A stretch of 26,759 bases of DNA, taken from the IMG/VR virus record IMGVR_UViG_3300029085_000054. The stretch is one strand, 5' to 3'. Both the position numbers and the translations under genes were made by a program. Shown piece after piece: positions 25,373 through 26,759 of this stretch. The notes beneath the pieces were generated by a model. That model worked only from the letters and a program-made list of their open reading frames with translations. It had not been told where the DNA came from and ran no database searches. The stretch comes from a virus (lineage: Duplodnaviria; Heunggongvirae; Uroviricota; Caudoviricetes). Positions within the stretch are counted from its first letter, which is position 1; the number at the start of each line of letters is the position of its first letter.

Positions 25373-25666
25373 ATGAAAATATCGGAGAAACTTCGCGCAA
25401 TCCGCAAAGCTGAGGGATTAACGCAAAAAAAATTTTGCGAACTTAGCGGATTAGCACTTAGCTCATTGAAAAATTACGAAGGGGGACATAAAGAGCCTGG
25501 ACTACAAATCGTAAAGCAAGTGGTAAACACGCCTCTGTTTAAAAAATATACACTGTGGATTATGACAGATGAGGTTGCGCCAGAAGCCGGGCAGATTTCC
25601 CCGGTCGTCGCACACTCTGGGCAAGAAGAAACAACCTCGTCACACTCAGACCGCAAAACTGGCTAA
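25373..25666 (+). CDS. C: Immunity repressor C (97 aa), P2 C-type
   Basis: Product MKISEKLRAIRKAEGLTQKKFCELSGL ... KYTLWIMTDEVAPEAGQISP ... has the same layout as P2 C as I recall it (helix-turn-helix, then KYTLW.MT...AP..GQI.P) but is clearly divergent. Confidence 0.85.
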   Translation: MKISEKLRAIRKAEGLTQKKFCELSGLALSSLKNYEGGHKEPGLQIVKQVVNTPLFKKYTLWIMTDEVAPEAGQISPVVAHSGQEETTSSHSDRKTG

Positions 25667-25778
25667 CTATTTACCGAAATTACATGCACATAAAATGCAT
25701 GTTACTGGTAAAAAAATATTCACCACACAACCATAAAGGGTCAAACAACAAGAAAACACGTGCTCATCGGAGGGCTTT

Positions 25779-26759
25779 ATGAGTATCAGAAAGCTCGATG
25801 ATGGACGTTATGAAGTGGATATTAGGCCTCGCGGTCGCGATGGAAAGCGCATCCGCAGGAAATTTGAAAGAAAAGCTGAAGCACTAGCATTTGAGCGATA
25901 CACAATCGCCAATGCCAGTCAGAAAGAATGGGGAGGCCAGCGAGCAGACCGCCGAACTTTGACAGAATTGCTCGACATCTGGTGGAAATACCACGGGCAA
26001 AACCACGAGCATGGGACAAAAGAGTTTAATCATCTGCTCAAAACCATCAGAGGCATAGGTGATATACCAGTGAGTCGGATGAACAAAAGGGCGTTGATGG
26101 ATTATCGCTCCATGCGACTACGTGATGGCATCAGTGCTGCAACGATAAACCGCGACATGTACCGATTATCCGGCATGTTCACAAAATTAATTCAATTAGA
26201 TGAATTTTCCGGGCAACACCCAATTCACGGACTGCCGCCACTGACGGAGGCTAACCCTGAAATGACGTTCCTGGAAAAAGCAGAAATCGAAAAACTGCTA
26301 AATGTTTTGACTGGTGATGACTTACTTGTCGCGCTTTTATGTCTGAGCACTGGAGGAAGATGGACGGAAGTTGCCACGCTAAAACCAGCACAGATTACAA
26401 GTTGCAGGGTTACCTTCCTGAAAACCAAAAACGGTAAAAAGCGAACAGTGCCGATATCTGAGGAACTGGAGAAAAAAGTTAAAGAGGAGGCCAGCGCCAA
26501 ATTGTTCAAGGTCGATTATGAGAAGTTTTGCGGGATTTTACGCAGAGTAAAACCTGACATACCTCCCAATCAGGCAACCCACATTCTGCGGCATACATTC
26601 GCAAGCCATTTCATGATGAATGGGGGCAACATAATTGCACTGCAACAGATTCTGGGGCATGCGAGCATTCAGCAGACAATGACCTATGCGCACCTTGCGC
26701 CTGACTACCTGCAGAACGCCGTCGCTCTGAATCCACTAAAAGGCGGAGTGACGTTATAA
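25779..26759 (+). CDS. int: Tyrosine integrase (326 aa); stop codon is the last 3 nt of the window
   Basis: C-terminal catalytic signature HILRHTFASHFMMNGGNIIALQQILGHASIQQTMTYAHL (R..H...H..Y type); lies downstream of C as in P2. Confidence 0.9.
   Translation: MSIRKLDDGRYEVDIRPRGRDGKRIRRKFERKAEALAFERYTIANASQKEWGGQRADRRTLTELLDIWWKYHGQNHEHGTKEFNHLLKTIRGIGDIPVSRMNKRALMDYRSMRLRDGISAATINRDMYRLSGMFTKLIQLDEFSGQHPIHGLPPLTEANPEMTFLEKAEIEKLLNVLTGDDLLVALLCLSTGGRWTEVATLKPAQITSCRVTFLKTKNGKKRTVPISEELEKKVKEEASAKLFKVDYEKFCGILRRVKPDIPPNQATHILRHTFASHFMMNGGNIIALQQILGHASIQQTMTYAHLAPDYLQNAVALNPLKGGVTL

Larger units (their letters stand above)
1..26759. mobile_element. P2-like prophage, partial at both ends (missing 3' part of T, U, D, ogr and both att sites)
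   Basis: Complete P2 gene order T-E-FII-FI-G-H-I-J-W-V-S-R-lysCBA-K-Y-X-L-M-N-O / P-Q / cos / A-B-cox / C-int, with protein lengths matching P2 as I recall them; the P2 cos sequence is present inside the window, as expected for an integrated genome. Confidence 0.93.

Noticed and set aside
1-26759. Looked for tRNA genes, rRNA, CRISPR repeat arrays, insertion sequences and transposase-like ORFs.
   Set aside because: Nothing in the six-frame track or the sequence suggested any of these; no regularly spaced direct repeats were seen; the only mobile element is the prophage itself.

Overview
The window is almost entirely one P2-like (Peduovirus-type) temperate myovirus prophage of an enterobacterial host, and the best candidate for an undescribed system is the small AT-rich cargo at the P2 variable hotspot between cos and gene A (about 19246..20654). 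Identification rests on gene order, protein lengths and my recollection of P2 protein sequences and the P2 cohesive end; no database search was run. On the + strand the order is: tape measure T (partial, runs off the left edge), E/E+E' (programmed -1 frameshift), FII (3' end lost in a 41-nt N gap), FI, G, H, I, J, W, V, S, R, lysC/lysB/lysA, K, Y, X, L, M, N, O (all minus strand), then P and Q (plus strand), the Q terminator, the 19-nt cos site, the hotspot, and then orf91-like, A, orf83/82/81/80-like, B, orf78-like, cox (minus), C and integrase (plus). Integrase ends on the last base of the window, so both att sites, the rest of T, and U, D and ogr lie outside it. The backbone matches P2 closely (by my recollection often to the residue in length), whereas three modules differ: the tail fibre H (911 aa, with three tandem repeats), the immunity/integration module (cox, C, int), and the hotspot, which lacks old/tin. 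The hotspot carries a 143-aa ORF with a Gly-rich hydrophobic C-terminal segment, a possible translationally coupled pair of small minus-strand ORFs, a possible small divergent ORF, and terminator hairpins; none of these resembles a family I can name. The second known P2 hotspot (Z/fun, between G and FI) is empty. No rRNA, tRNA or CRISPR array was seen.
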